Virus record (IMG/VR): IMGVR_UViG_3300006037_000005
Coordinates: 1 to 64,000 of that record
Direction: 5' to 3' (one strand)
Source: a virus
Length of the DNA: 64,000 nucleotides
Positions 1 through 10,801 of the stretch are shown one piece after another. Under the pieces are notes generated by a model. That model did not search any database, had not been told where the DNA came from, and worked only from the letters and a program-made list of their open reading frames with translations. Within the stretch, counting starts at the first letter, position 1; each line of letters starts with the position of its first letter. Made by a program: the position numbers and the translations under genes.

Positions 1-2388
1 TGTGATGAAGTTTACAACTATATTGAAAAATTTGGATCTAAAGAACAAAAATCTAAACTAAAGGTTTACAACAAGAAAGTTGAAGAATCTTTAGATGGTG
101 AAAAAGATAAAGATGCTGATATAAGAACAGAAAATTTCAACAAAATCAAATCTTTATTTGGTAAACAAAATTCATATTCTTCTGCTGGATGGGGTGGTAT
201 ATCAGTCTGGGCATTAAAAGATAACAATTCTACTGGAATATTTCTTGTCGTTGATGACAATGACAATGTTGCTATTGTTGAAAGAACCTTCAATGAAGAG
301 AGAGATGAAAATGAAGATGAAGATATAATGTTGGTTTCTATTGATGATGATATAGATGGAATACTTGATAAAGCGATGTCTATCAAATCTGGAAAAATAG
401 TTGAATCAAAAGGTTTTGATATAGAAGATGTTGCAAGTATTCTGTATGATTTGAGATCTTTCGGACTTGTTGATCAAGAAAAAAATTATCAAAAACTACT
501 CGATTATCTTGAATCGAAAGATGATAAATTGGGAATTCCTAAAGATTCTGTTGGTTTTGGTAATTTCGTTTTCGATTTATATGAAAGATTTGGACTGGGT
601 GTATCACCAGGAGATGATGAAGTAAAAGAAGCTATATCAGATAGGATAAAGGAGATGATAGAGATTGGTGAATCTAAAAAACCAAATTCTGAATCTCCCA
701 TGGATGAATACAAAAGAAAAGCCAAGGAAAGATTTTCAAAAGCAATGGGTAAATCTAAAACCATGCTCGGCTACAAATCTGGAAACGGTGAATTTGAATA
801 TTCGGTATCAGATAAAGCATCTAAACAGAACCAAAAGAATTTTTCAACAAAAGGTGGTTCTTTGATGGATGAATATAAAAAAGATGCTAAGAAAAGATTT
901 GATAAAGCTTTTTCCAAAGTTAAGGAATCCAAATCTGATAATCTTGACATTTCTGTTTCAATAATGGAAGATATCCTGCTTTCTAAACATTTAACAAAAC
1001 TTGGTATAGAATTTGAAAGAAACAAGGCAGATAATATACCAAACGGTATCAGATATGAAATTTCTTGTTCTGCCAAAGAAAGAACATCTCTGGAAGATTA
1101 TTTAGAAAAAGTTGGTTACAAAATTAAAATCAATGAATCAAGAATAAAAGAAGATAACTCTAAAGCATATCGAAAATCTGGACACAAAGACTTTGTTAAA
1201 CTTCTTTCTAAATACAAACTTTCACCAGAAATGGGCAAGGTTACTGGTGAAGAATCTCAAGAATATTTCTTTCCAGACAATGCTGAAAAAGAACTTGAGA
1301 AATTTGGTTATTCAAGACTTAAAAAAGATAAAGTTACTGATAAGGGTGATAAAAATTTCGGAAAATCTGGATATTTTGTTACTTATAATTGGGTTAATGA
1401 GTCTATTTATCGTGATCCATTGAAACAAAGTTCGTTGGAACACATCGCAGATATGATAAAAAGGTCAATAAAACGCAACGGAGGTGAATTATCACAAAGT
1501 ACAATTTTAGACGAGATAGATTATGATGATGGTGATTATCAAATTAGACGAGATGAGGATTTGGATTCAAATGATATACATTTCATAGAAAAATATTTAT
1601 TAGGAGAAATAAATGAGTCTATTTATTTCGAATCTTCAGAAGATATTATAACAATAGATCATGATCAAAATTGTTCGTTTGTTGGACAAATAGGCGGTTC
1701 TTGTTTTTTAACTGCTGGTACAAAAGTTAAAGTATTATCAAATGATGGTTTATCAAAAACTGTTAAAATACTTGATGGATCTTTCAAAGGTGATGTTTGT
1801 ACAATATCTTCAATAACAAATGAATCAAAATCTTTAAATTTCAGAAAACCAATAATCCTTGGTGTCAGTCATTTCATAAATGAAGCCAAAATCAAAAAAG
1901 ATTACATGCTTGAAATCACTAAAAAAGATGGTTTCGACAGAGAATATTTTGAAGATATTAATGATATGAATGATGCTCTTGAATCTTTATCTGAAGAAGA
2001 GGCTAAAAATTATAAAACCTATAAAAGAGATAATAAAGGCCAATATAAGCCAATCACTGAATCAAAAGATTTAAAATTGTCGTATATTGGCAAAGATTCT
2101 TGGGGTAGAAAAACATATAAAGGATCTGATGACAGAAACTATGTTGGGGTAGATGATGAAATCTATTCCACAACAACACAAGGAGAACCGTCATATCCAA
2201 TAACAAATTATACAATAATTTTTCCAATCACTGAATCAAAAGATGATTTCGATGCTCAATTATTGAAAGTTAAAAACTGGTTCGATTCAAAATATGACAG
2301 TTCCCATGATTTCGCCTTCGATGGAAATCTTATTCAAGTATACAACGGGAAGAAACTTGTTGAAAGTCTTGATATTACAACAATATAA
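1..2388 (+). CDS. Large modular virion/internal-head polyprotein (5'-truncated by window edge)
   Basis: Frame is open from base 1 (tgt gat gaa gtt...), so the ORF-track start at 328 is not the true start. More than 10 [ILV]-x-E-[SA] motifs (KIVES, IGES, KINES, WVNES, EINES, ITNES, FINEA, PITES twice, KLVES) resemble T4 gp21 cleavage sites. Confidence 0.6.
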   Translation, partial: CDEVYNYIEKFGSKEQKSKLKVYNKKVEESLDGEKDKDADIRTENFNKIKSLFGKQNSYSSAGWGGISVWALKDNNSTGIFLVVDDNDNVAIVERTFNEERDENEDEDIMLVSIDDDIDGILDKAMSIKSGKIVESKGFDIEDVASILYDLRSFGLVDQEKNYQKLLDYLESKDDKLGIPKDSVGFGNFVFDLYERFGLGVSPGDDEVKEAISDRIKEMIEIGESKKPNSESPMDEYKRKAKERFSKAMGKSKTMLGYKSGNGEFEYSVSDKASKQNQKNFSTKGGSLMDEYKKDAKKRFDKAFSKVKESKSDNLDISVSIMEDILLSKHLTKLGIEFERNKADNIPNGIRYEISCSAKERTSLEDYLEKVGYKIKINESRIKEDNSKAYRKSGHKDFVKLLSKYKLSPEMGKVTGEESQEYFFPDNAEKELEKFGYSRLKKDKVTDKGDKNFGKSGYFVTYNWVNESIYRDPLKQSSLEHIADMIKRSIKRNGGELSQSTILDEIDYDDGDYQIRRDEDLDSNDIHFIEKYLLGEINESIYFESSEDIITIDHDQNCSFVGQIGGSCFLTAGTKVKVLSNDGLSKTVKILDGSFKGDVCTISSITNESKSLNFRKPIILGVSHFINEAKIKKDYMLEITKKDGFDREYFEDINDMNDALESLSEEEAKNYKTYKRDNKGQYKPITESKDLKLSYIGKDSWGRKTYKGSDDRNYVGVDDEIYSTTTQGEPSYPITNYTIIFPITESKDDFDAQLLKVKNWFDSKYDSSHDFAFDGNLIQVYNGKKLVESLDITTI

Positions 2389-2401
2389 AACCATAAAAAT
2401 T

Positions 2402-2429
2402 AAAGGGCAACAAATATTTGTTGCCCTTT
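2402..2429. terminator. Bidirectional intrinsic terminator (perfect 28-bp palindrome)
   Basis: AAAGGGCAACAAAT|ATTTGTTGCCCTTT lies between convergent genes. Confidence 0.8.
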
Positions 2430-2436
2430 TCTATAT

Positions 2437-4344
2437 CTAAACAAGACCATCAAATTCTGATGTATCAAGTTCTCTTTCTTCATCCTCTTCCAAATCTTCA
2501 CCCCCATTAAGTAAAAATGAATACATATCAGAATTTTTACCATCTGATTCTTTGAAATCAATACCTGAACCATCCATTTTGGCTGATATTTCTTTTGAAA
2601 ATTCTATATTTTTCTCCTTGGACCAACCATCCATGATAGCATATATCTGCTCAAGATACATTCTTGCCTCCATATATTTTGCTTGGTTTATGAGGGTAGC
2701 ACAAGTATCATCATGCCCTGTATTCGAAGCATATGATCCAGATTTTGTCTTGGCATATGACATAAGTTCGTTAACAGTATTTTGTTCGAGTATTATAAGC
2801 TGTTTATTTTTTGCTTTAACTTTAAATTTATTAGTTGCATCTATTTTTATGTTCACATTTGTTTTAACACCAATTTTTTCGGTCTTTCCGTCTATTCTGT
2901 GTAGAAATTTAACAAAAAGATCTTGTATTGATATTCTATTGTTGTCACCATAAAGTTTTTGTAATTCTGAAAGGAAATAATTTCCCTCAAAATTTACTTC
3001 AAGTATAGCCTTTATATTATCATTAAAAAGATCAATTATAATGTGGTAGAACATTCTTGCTTGCTCTGGTATTTCCACATTGTTACATCTCCACATTGCA
3101 ATTTGTACAGATTTAAAAAATCCAGATTCATTACCATAATAATCAAGATTCAAGATTTCATCTTTAGACATTGGTAAAATCTTGAAAATATTGAAAACAG
3201 TATAATCACCAAGACCATCCTCTCCACCTCCGATGTCCATTATGATCGTATATTGATTATTTTTGTTTTTGAATTCTGAAATATCAATTTTATTGAAAAC
3301 ACAAAAATTATAATAAGGTAGATCAAGATTTTCCCAATTTTGTGGATATTTATTAACAAAATTTGATGCTTGTGATTTTATCTTTCTTAATTCATCGGAT
3401 TTCAATATCAAAGTTGACCCAGCTAAAAATTGACATGCATATTCTTGGTTGAAATCTTCTTCGTTACCGCCAAGATTAGCTATCTCATCTTTTTTCCATA
3501 ATTCATCTCTGTATGAAATCTCATTACCATTTTCATCAACCTTGGTAGGAACTTCATACCAATAGGTAACCATTGGATGGAAACCATTTTTAGAATTTAT
3601 AGCAAGATTCCAAATTTCCCAAAATTTGTTGAATCCTCTTGGTGTTGATGTTAAAATAAGCTTGTGGCTTGGTATAGATGAGATTGTTGGTAATGCTGTT
3701 CTCCAAAAATCGTCTATAAAATTTTTGTCGATCAGAGCAAATTCATCTATATAAAGAAAATCTGCAGTAAAAGATGCGCCAGATTTAGCAGTAGTAGTAA
3801 GACCAGTTATTTTCACTCCATTGTCAAAAACTTTGGTTTGAGTATTGTTTGTCACAATTCCAGGCTTTAACCAAAATGGTAGGTTTTTATAGATAGACAT
3901 TATTTTGTCTAATAGATCTTTAACTTTGTCACCATTTTGTGAAATTAGTACTATATTTTTATCAGTATTAGCTAGAATATACCAAACAATGTATATAGCA
4001 GTAACAATGGATTTGCCACATTGTCTACTTGCCATATAGATAATTTTTTGATAATTGATATAACCCTCTAAAACTCTTTTTTGGTATTTCCTTAATTTTA
4101 TAATTTTCTGACCATCATCAGTCTTAACTTTAGCATAGGTTTGTGTAAAATAATAAGGATTTGCACAGATCTTTGTATACTCATCTGCCTCCCATTGGTT
4201 ATATTCGAAATTTATGTTCTGATTTCGAAGTTCAGAATCCCCATCAAAAAAAGGTGTACTCTTTGGTTTTCTACCAGTAGTATTAATTTCCTTAATAAGT
4301 TTATCTATTGATATTGTTGACCATATACCAGATGAAACTTTCAT
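2437..4344 (-). CDS. terL: Terminase large subunit (T4 gp17-like)
   Basis: LRKYQ adenine-binding motif, Walker A ASRQCGKS, Walker B LYIDEFA, STPRG coupling motif, FNQEYACQF, nuclease acidic motifs MDIGGG and GHDD. Confidence 0.95.
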   Translation of the reverse strand: MKVSSGIWSTISIDKLIKEINTTGRKPKSTPFFDGDSELRNQNINFEYNQWEADEYTKICANPYYFTQTYAKVKTDDGQKIIKLRKYQKRVLEGYINYQKIIYMASRQCGKSIVTAIYIVWYILANTDKNIVLISQNGDKVKDLLDKIMSIYKNLPFWLKPGIVTNNTQTKVFDNGVKITGLTTTAKSGASFTADFLYIDEFALIDKNFIDDFWRTALPTISSIPSHKLILTSTPRGFNKFWEIWNLAINSKNGFHPMVTYWYEVPTKVDENGNEISYRDELWKKDEIANLGGNEEDFNQEYACQFLAGSTLILKSDELRKIKSQASNFVNKYPQNWENLDLPYYNFCVFNKIDISEFKNKNNQYTIIMDIGGGEDGLGDYTVFNIFKILPMSKDEILNLDYYGNESGFFKSVQIAMWRCNNVEIPEQARMFYHIIIDLFNDNIKAILEVNFEGNYFLSELQKLYGDNNRISIQDLFVKFLHRIDGKTEKIGVKTNVNIKIDATNKFKVKAKNKQLIILEQNTVNELMSYAKTKSGSYASNTGHDDTCATLINQAKYMEARMYLEQIYAIMDGWSKEKNIEFSKEISAKMDGSGIDFKESDGKNSDMYSFLLNGGEDLEEDEERELDTSEFDGLV

Positions 4345-4380
4345 AAAATATTAAAATAATTTTTATATATACTACTTTTA

Positions 4381-4734
4381 ATGCATACATATCACAAAAT
4401 AGGTGACAGAACATTTTATAGTTTCGAAAACACAAATACTGAACTCAAACCAAAAGAAAAAGCCAAATTTATATTCGATAAACTTGTTAAAAAAGAATAT
4501 AGCATGGCACAATTATCAAGTGCCATATCGGAAATCATAATATCAGAATCTTTTTGGTACACCAAAAATCCAGAGAGGGAAATATCAATAATAGTAAAAG
4601 CTTTGTTTATAGCAACAAAAGGTTTTATCACAGAGGATAATAGACTAAGGATTGTTAAATCAATGTCTGATGAAATACAGAAACTTGCTGATATAGCAAA
4701 AATAACAAATGAAAATAATAACAGAATAGAATAA
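4381..4734 (+). CDS. Hypothetical protein
   Basis: 117-aa ORF, co-oriented with the next gene. Confidence 0.6.
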   Translation: MHTYHKIGDRTFYSFENTNTELKPKEKAKFIFDKLVKKEYSMAQLSSAISEIIISESFWYTKNPEREISIIVKALFIATKGFITEDNRLRIVKSMSDEIQKLADIAKITNENNNRIE

Positions 4735-4742
4735 GATACAAT

Positions 4743-5306
4743 ATGAGCAAACATTTAGTTCTAGTAACAGAATTCAATACTTGTGGTGGTCGTGAAGTTA
4801 AAAAATTCACAGAAAGAACAGTACCATCTGTTGAAACAAGAGATTCCTCAATATCGTTAATTTTTGAAGAATTATCAGAATATGCTAAAGCCTCTGGTAG
4901 AAATACAAAATTTGCTGAATTTTGTAGGAAATACTACTTCGATAGTCTTGTTAAAACAGAAAATGGATTCGAATTGCCACCAAACACAGATAAATTTGAT
5001 GAAGCAGAAGTTCTCGATGCTTTAAATGATCTTGAGGTAACAGTCCTTGGTGGATACAATGTTTGTGGTTATACAGATATCGCAGATGAAAGTTTTCAAG
5101 ATGTTATGGAATCAAACATGTCAAAATTCCTTGATAATAAAGAGGACGCTATCGAAGCTTGTAAAGAAAATTCAGAACTGATGTTTGTCGAAATATCTCT
5201 TGAAAATAGAATTGTTTATGCTCTAAGGAGAATATCTGACAACAAAATCATGAAAGGGAAGAATTATAAGAAAGTTGATCACAAAGAAAAATATTTCTCG
5301 AAATAA
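4743..5306 (+). CDS. MazG-like / all-alpha NTP pyrophosphohydrolase
   Basis: LIFEELSEY...EVLDALNDL acidic helix pair, VMESNMSK, and C-terminal KIMKGKNY typical of phage PRA-PH/MazG-like proteins. Confidence 0.75.
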   Translation: MSKHLVLVTEFNTCGGREVKKFTERTVPSVETRDSSISLIFEELSEYAKASGRNTKFAEFCRKYYFDSLVKTENGFELPPNTDKFDEAEVLDALNDLEVTVLGGYNVCGYTDIADESFQDVMESNMSKFLDNKEDAIEACKENSELMFVEISLENRIVYALRRISDNKIMKGKNYKKVDHKEKYFSK

Positions 5307-5494
5307 AAATTTTTTGGTTTGCACAAAAATAAATATTGAGAATTATGCAAAATTCTTGATGCATAATGGTCTATTTGATGGTATTGATAAGGCAATGGTC
5401 GAATCCAAAAGATGCTATGGTGAATTTATAAGATTATCAATAGGTAATAATCTATTGTTTTGCAAAATATAAAAGAAATAGGTTGAGGTTCAGT

Positions 5495-5523
5495 AAAAGC
5501 CCAACAAATTTTGTTGGGCTTTT
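5495..5523. terminator. Bidirectional intrinsic terminator
   Basis: AAAAGCCCAACAAA/TTGTTGGGCTTTT inverted repeat between convergent genes. Confidence 0.8.
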
Positions 5524-5528
5524 CTTTA

Positions 5529-6410
5529 TTATTCTGCAAGAGTTAATATATCAGCCCAATCTTCTTTAGCCTTATTTAAATCAGAAAACCAATTTTCATT
5601 GAACAAATATATTCTATTACAAAGTTCGTCCTTTATCTCATCTTTGTAATTAGAATTCCTTATCTTGCTACAAACAGCATCGATATCAGAAGTCTTAACC
5701 TCTTGGTCTTCATCGGTTATTTTAGCCAAAAGTTCAGCAATCTCTTGGAAACATTCATTAACAACATCTTCTGAAATTATTTCTTTTTGCCATTCTTTCT
5801 GTTTGAAAGATTCTTTTATTTGAAAATAACACTCGTCTATATCAGTGTTAATGAAGGTCAATTCCAAATATTCCTTACATTTATCAAGTGCCAATTGCTT
5901 TACACCATCCTTAACTGATGGATCAACAAGAATATCAAGAAGTTTAGTCATAAGTTGAGTATCCTCCTCCCTCTTATTAATGAAATTTTTACCTTCTATG
6001 AGTTCAGTCAAAATTTCAGAATCAGTTTTTCCTGTAGATTCATCAGATTCAATCAATTTGGTTGTTATGATCTCTTTAAATTCATCCTCTGTTGGGTTTG
6101 TTAACAACAGATCACCGTTTTTGTATAATAAAATATCATTATCATAATTCAAATCGAATTTATCAACACCAATTTTAAAATCTATATTTTCACCATTGAC
6201 TGATGACGATGCTCCATGTGGTACAACAGAAAGATATCCATATTTGATGTTATTCTTTTTTAATAAATCAGAAAAAACATCAAATTTATCATCATTTGAC
6301 AATTTTTCCGACTCAGAGGCTTTATCTATAGATTCTGAGATTTTTGATTCAATAATCTTTTTTTTATTTTTAAGAAAATCACTAAAAGAGATTCTATTTA
6401 TTTTTTCCAT
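5529..6410 (-). CDS. Acidic hypothetical protein, probable head protein
   Basis: ATG at 6410 (MEKINRISF) is the likelier start; contains KIIES, KISES, KLIES protease-type motifs. Confidence 0.5.
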   Translation of the reverse strand: MEKINRISFSDFLKNKKKIIESKISESIDKASESEKLSNDDKFDVFSDLLKKNNIKYGYLSVVPHGASSSVNGENIDFKIGVDKFDLNYDNDILLYKNGDLLLTNPTEDEFKEIITTKLIESDESTGKTDSEILTELIEGKNFINKREEDTQLMTKLLDILVDPSVKDGVKQLALDKCKEYLELTFINTDIDECYFQIKESFKQKEWQKEIISEDVVNECFQEIAELLAKITDEDQEVKTSDIDAVCSKIRNSNYKDEIKDELCNRIYLFNENWFSDLNKAKEDWADILTLAE

Positions 6411-6455
6411 ACTAATTTTTATTGTATATAATATTCCTTTGACCATTACCGACAA

Positions 6456-6461
6456 TAAATA
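6456..6461 (+). promoter_or_regulatory. Candidate T4-like late promoter core TAAATA
   Basis: TAAATA also occurs at 9594, 16539 and 18633, 16-35 nt upstream of sheath, tube, protease and capsid genes; resembles T4 TATAAATA. Weak in such AT-rich DNA. Confidence 0.4.
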
Positions 6462-6482
6462 TTTAAAATAAATTACGTAATC

Positions 6483-9400
6483 ATGGCAATAATTTCTGGA
6501 ATAGATCTTTCAAAATTTAGTTCGTCTGGAGCAGGTGTATATACAGTATACAATGATGATACCCAACAACCAAATCAAATCGGCAACCAAGTTGTTAAAT
6601 TGGTGGTTGGTTTTTCTAAAACTGGTCCATTCAACACTTTAACCTTTATAAATACGAGAGATAAAAAAACTGCACAATCGATATATGGTTCTATAGATAA
6701 ATCCTTGGAAAGAAAAGGCTCTTTTTTCCATAGATCTCTTGATATTGCATTGGAATCTGGTCCAGTTTTGGCCTTAAACTTATTGAAATTAAACAATGAA
6801 ACTGTATACGGAGTACCAACAGCAAACGCTGATACAACTCAATATAGGTCATTTTCTCTGGATATCGTTGATCCAAATGGTGTAAATAGATCAAAATTAC
6901 TGTCTTCTTTCTATAACAAAGAAAGACTTTGGAGAGCAGACAGAAATTATTTGCTTGCTACAAGAGATGTTGTTGATAATAAAAAATTATTCAATATAGT
7001 GAATTTATCACAATCGCCTTGCTCTATCATATTGAGAAAATCATCTGCTACTGGGTATGATGTTACAGCAAAGGAATGGTATGGTTCTAAAGATATACCG
7101 AGTTTCGTAAAGGAGGGGGATTTCATTTCAGATTATTTCATCGATGTCTATGTTATTGATGGTAAATTTGATTCATCAAAATATCTGCAATTATCAACTG
7201 ATCCTGTTATGGGTAAGTATTTTGATGTGAATGGTTTAATAGTTTCAAATCTAACAGAATTTTTGAATCTACCAGAGGTTAGTGTGAGATCACAATTTAC
7301 TGGTTGTATCATACCGAATTTCAAAGATAAAAACAATGTTTCTCAATTTATTGAAGATATCATAAATCGTGATACTTCGAGAACAGGTCTACTTTGTGCC
7401 ATTGATAGAAAAGAACTTGATGCTTATGATACTGAAACCAATACAAGTTTCGTTGATCTAATAGGACATAGATTGCTTTCTAATCCAATAACAGATGTTA
7501 ATTTCTTATCTTATAAGAAAAGAATTGTAAGCAATTTTGCATATGTTAGACAATCTAATGTTACACAATCATACACAGCAACTTCTTACACTGGTGTTAC
7601 GATAGCTAGTTTACCAAACAAGATAACTGTCACTATCACTAATGCAAACCCTGGATTCGCTAATTTTACTTCCAATAATTTCAGTTTAAAAAGTCATGTA
7701 ATTGGATTAACAACAGCGGCAGGTTTATCTGCTGGTATCACGAATCCATCTCCTGTCTTAACAATCACTAGATTACAAAAATCAGCAACTCAAATAGTTT
7801 TTGATTTAACATCACCACTAAAAGCCACAGAAAATACTTATTCTGGATCTTTTGTTGACATAAACGGTGTATCAACCACACAATTGACTTATACATATAA
7901 TCATACAGAATTCGAAATTGATGGTACAGATACATTCTATGTGGCTAAACCAGATTCTGCATTTGCTGTTGATTATTTGGCTGGTAAAATTGTTGATGGT
8001 GATAAAATTTTTGATGGTATTGCTACTCAATATATCAAAATTGATAAAATTTATGATGATTCAACTTTCTATAATGATTATAGTCCAATATTCAAAGTTA
8101 GTCTATTCTCAGATCAGGATTTAACAGTGCCAATATCGACTGGTCAGGCTATTGGATTTGGTCAAAGTTTCGATTCATCTGGATTTGCTATAACAAATAT
8201 TAACACCATTAATATTATTTCTTATTTAGATTCTTTAAACAAAAGATATCAGGCTATAAGAATTTCATCGAATATTGTCATTGTTCCAATAGCTAATCAA
8301 TCAGAGATAGCTTATGGTGATTACCTTATTGGTCTAGATTCTGATGGTAATGAGGTCTTGACAAAGATACTCTCTATAAAGAAATATAATTATCCAAGCA
8401 ATTCACCATCACCAACACATATTGCACTTGAAACCTATTATCCAGCCAAATTGATAATAGATCCATCTGGTGATACTTATGTTGAAAGATATAAACCAAT
8501 CCAGAATTTCTTTGATAGATTTGATTTGACTTATCTTCCTGGCTTCTCAATAAAAACTACCGCCTTGCCTAACAACACGACTCAGAGGGTAAATGAGATC
8601 TATGGTGTTCTTGAATCAACAAATCTTTTCAATACTTTGATTGATCCAGAGATGGTTAATTTCAGATATATTGTTGATACTTTCAATGGTGGTCTTGAGA
8701 CAAATTCGAAAAGGCTATTATCAAGACTTGCCAAATTCAGATCTAAAGCATTGGGTTTGTTGAACACACCATCTGTGCAAGAATTCTTGAATTCAACAGA
8801 TCCAAGATTTACTAATACACCAACACCATCCGACCCTCTGCCAGTTCTTAATGTGGCACACATATTTGATGGTGGTAACTTGGCTGAAGCACCATCTTTT
8901 AGATACACCCTACCAGAAGAAATAGATGGAGCGTCTTATGTTGGTTTCTTTACACCAAATATTGTCATAAACGACGATGGTGAAGTTTCTGTTCCACCAG
9001 CAGCTTATGTTTCTAACAATTTTGTTGAAAAATTTACATCTGGTAATCCTTACAAACCAACTGCTGGTAAAAGAAGAGGTTCTATTGTTGGGGCGAACAT
9101 ATTGAGATTGGAAAGAGATTTTGATATAAAAGAAAGAGGTTTACTTGAAGCAAAAGGTATAAACCCCATCAAACAATCATCTGATGGTTCTATGCAAATC
9201 TATGGTAATACTACTTCTTTCAAAAAATATAGTTCTACTTTGAATGATTTACATGCAAGAGATACCTTAATTCAAATCGAAATCGAAACGGAAAATATTC
9301 TTAACAATTATGTTTTTGAATATAATGATGATCCAACAAGAATTGAAGTTAAGGGTTTATTGAAAAATTATCTGAATACTTTACAAACTGGTTTCAAAGC

Positions 9401-9578
9401 AATAACCTTTAATGATGTTATATTTGATTCTAAAAATAATCCAGATGCGATCATAAGAGAGAATATCGGTCTTGTTGATATTGTTGTTCAAATACCAAAT
9501 GTGCTTAGAGTTTTTGTTAATAGAATTACTATAACTAGAACAGGTGGAGCATCATCTGGAGGTTTCATACCAGCATAA
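6483..9578 (+). CDS. Tail sheath protein (gp18-like) with large central insertion
   Basis: N-terminal GVYTV..LVVGFSKTGPFN; C-terminal VPPAAYVS, AGKRRG, GINPI, IYGNTT sheath motifs; followed by tube gene. Confidence 0.9.
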   Translation: MAIISGIDLSKFSSSGAGVYTVYNDDTQQPNQIGNQVVKLVVGFSKTGPFNTLTFINTRDKKTAQSIYGSIDKSLERKGSFFHRSLDIALESGPVLALNLLKLNNETVYGVPTANADTTQYRSFSLDIVDPNGVNRSKLLSSFYNKERLWRADRNYLLATRDVVDNKKLFNIVNLSQSPCSIILRKSSATGYDVTAKEWYGSKDIPSFVKEGDFISDYFIDVYVIDGKFDSSKYLQLSTDPVMGKYFDVNGLIVSNLTEFLNLPEVSVRSQFTGCIIPNFKDKNNVSQFIEDIINRDTSRTGLLCAIDRKELDAYDTETNTSFVDLIGHRLLSNPITDVNFLSYKKRIVSNFAYVRQSNVTQSYTATSYTGVTIASLPNKITVTITNANPGFANFTSNNFSLKSHVIGLTTAAGLSAGITNPSPVLTITRLQKSATQIVFDLTSPLKATENTYSGSFVDINGVSTTQLTYTYNHTEFEIDGTDTFYVAKPDSAFAVDYLAGKIVDGDKIFDGIATQYIKIDKIYDDSTFYNDYSPIFKVSLFSDQDLTVPISTGQAIGFGQSFDSSGFAITNINTINIISYLDSLNKRYQAIRISSNIVIVPIANQSEIAYGDYLIGLDSDGNEVLTKILSIKKYNYPSNSPSPTHIALETYYPAKLIIDPSGDTYVERYKPIQNFFDRFDLTYLPGFSIKTTALPNNTTQRVNEIYGVLESTNLFNTLIDPEMVNFRYIVDTFNGGLETNSKRLLSRLAKFRSKALGLLNTPSVQEFLNSTDPRFTNTPTPSDPLPVLNVAHIFDGGNLAEAPSFRYTLPEEIDGASYVGFFTPNIVINDDGEVSVPPAAYVSNNFVEKFTSGNPYKPTAGKRRGSIVGANILRLERDFDIKERGLLEAKGINPIKQSSDGSMQIYGNTTSFKKYSSTLNDLHARDTLIQIEIETENILNNYVFEYNDDPTRIEVKGLLKNYLNTLQTGFKAITFNDVIFDSKNNPDAIIRENIGLVDIVVQIPNVLRVFVNRITITRTGGASSGGFIPA

Positions 9579-9614
9579 TAAAATATAATTTGTTAAATAT
9601 TAAAAGAATAAAAT

Positions 9615-10166
9615 ATGTACGATTATAAAAGCAGTAGAACATCTACTTCAAAAGACGAACCAGTTTACCAGACCAAATTCAGAGCCTTGTTCACATTACC
9701 TGCTCCACTTAGAAATGTGTATGGGACAGAGATTTTAACAGAACAGCTGAAAAAAATTGATGGTTTGGATACATATAGAGTACCAGAAGCAGTTGAACAA
9801 GAATATAGATTCGTAAAAAGATCTTTTGCTGGTTCTACACCGAATACTGTTTATGAACTTGAAATGGAGTTCGAAGTAAACGTTGACACGAATGGTGTTC
9901 AATATCCATTCAATGTTTTCAGAGATTGGAGTAAAATCATTTATGATAAACAATCTGGATTTCAGGCTTTAAAGAAAGACTATTGTGGCTCTGTTTTCAT
10001 AGAAATGCACAGAAAGGATGGGTTGGTTTTGGAAAATTGGACTTTCAATACAATATTCATAATGGAACCTATTACGCCAAAAACCCTTGAATATGTCGAA
10101 GACAATTTATACAAGGTTACCGTTAAATTCAGATGTGATCCAGATTTCGATAACCAAGGCTATTAA
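9615..10166 (+). CDS. Tail tube protein (gp19-like)
   Basis: Position after sheath; 183 aa; FRDW..IYD..SG...LKKDY pattern. Confidence 0.85.
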   Translation: MYDYKSSRTSTSKDEPVYQTKFRALFTLPAPLRNVYGTEILTEQLKKIDGLDTYRVPEAVEQEYRFVKRSFAGSTPNTVYELEMEFEVNVDTNGVQYPFNVFRDWSKIIYDKQSGFQALKKDYCGSVFIEMHRKDGLVLENWTFNTIFIMEPITPKTLEYVEDNLYKVTVKFRCDPDFDNQGY

Positions 10167-10176
10167 TTAATAACAA

Positions 10177-10776
10177 ATGGATATTAATAAATTAAAAGGT
10201 TCTATACCGCAATCTGTTTTAAACGAACTACCATCGGTTATTGATAAATTTAATATCAACACACCACTCAGATTGTCGCATTTTCTTGCTAATGCCTCCC
10301 ATGAAAGTGGGGGCTTTACCAAAGTTTTTGAAAATCTTAATTATAGTGCTGGCCGTTTGATGCAAATATTCCCAAGATATTTCCCAACACTGAAATTTGC
10401 TAAAACCTATGAACGCAAACAGGAACTTATCGCAAACAGGGTGTATGGTGGTAGAATGGGTAACGGAGATGAATTGTCTGGTGATGGATGGAAACACAGA
10501 GGTAGAGGATATTTCCAATTAACTGGTGCTGATAAATATAAGGATTTCGATAAATTCGTTAATGATGATATCTCCAAAAATCCAGATCTTGTTGCTACAA
10601 AATATCCTTTGTTATCTGCTGGGTGGTTTTGGAACAGAGCAAATCTCAATATTAGGGCAGACAAAGGTGATTCAAATGCTGTCTGTGAGAGTGTAAGGAG
10701 ATCAATAAATGGCGGAACAATAGGTTTGGAAGATACAACTAAGCTTTTTGGTGTATATTACAAACTTTTACGATAA
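10177..10776 (+). CDS. Endolysin, glycoside hydrolase family 19
   Basis: RLSHFLA..HESGG, ENLNYS, IANRVYG.RMGNG, GDGWKHRGRGYFQLTG, SAGWFW, INGGTIGL. Confidence 0.92.
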   Translation: MDINKLKGSIPQSVLNELPSVIDKFNINTPLRLSHFLANASHESGGFTKVFENLNYSAGRLMQIFPRYFPTLKFAKTYERKQELIANRVYGGRMGNGDELSGDGWKHRGRGYFQLTGADKYKDFDKFVNDDISKNPDLVATKYPLLSAGWFWNRANLNIRADKGDSNAVCESVRRSINGGTIGLEDTTKLFGVYYKLLR

Positions 10777-10801
10777 ATATTAATTTAATTTCTTGAATAC
10801 T

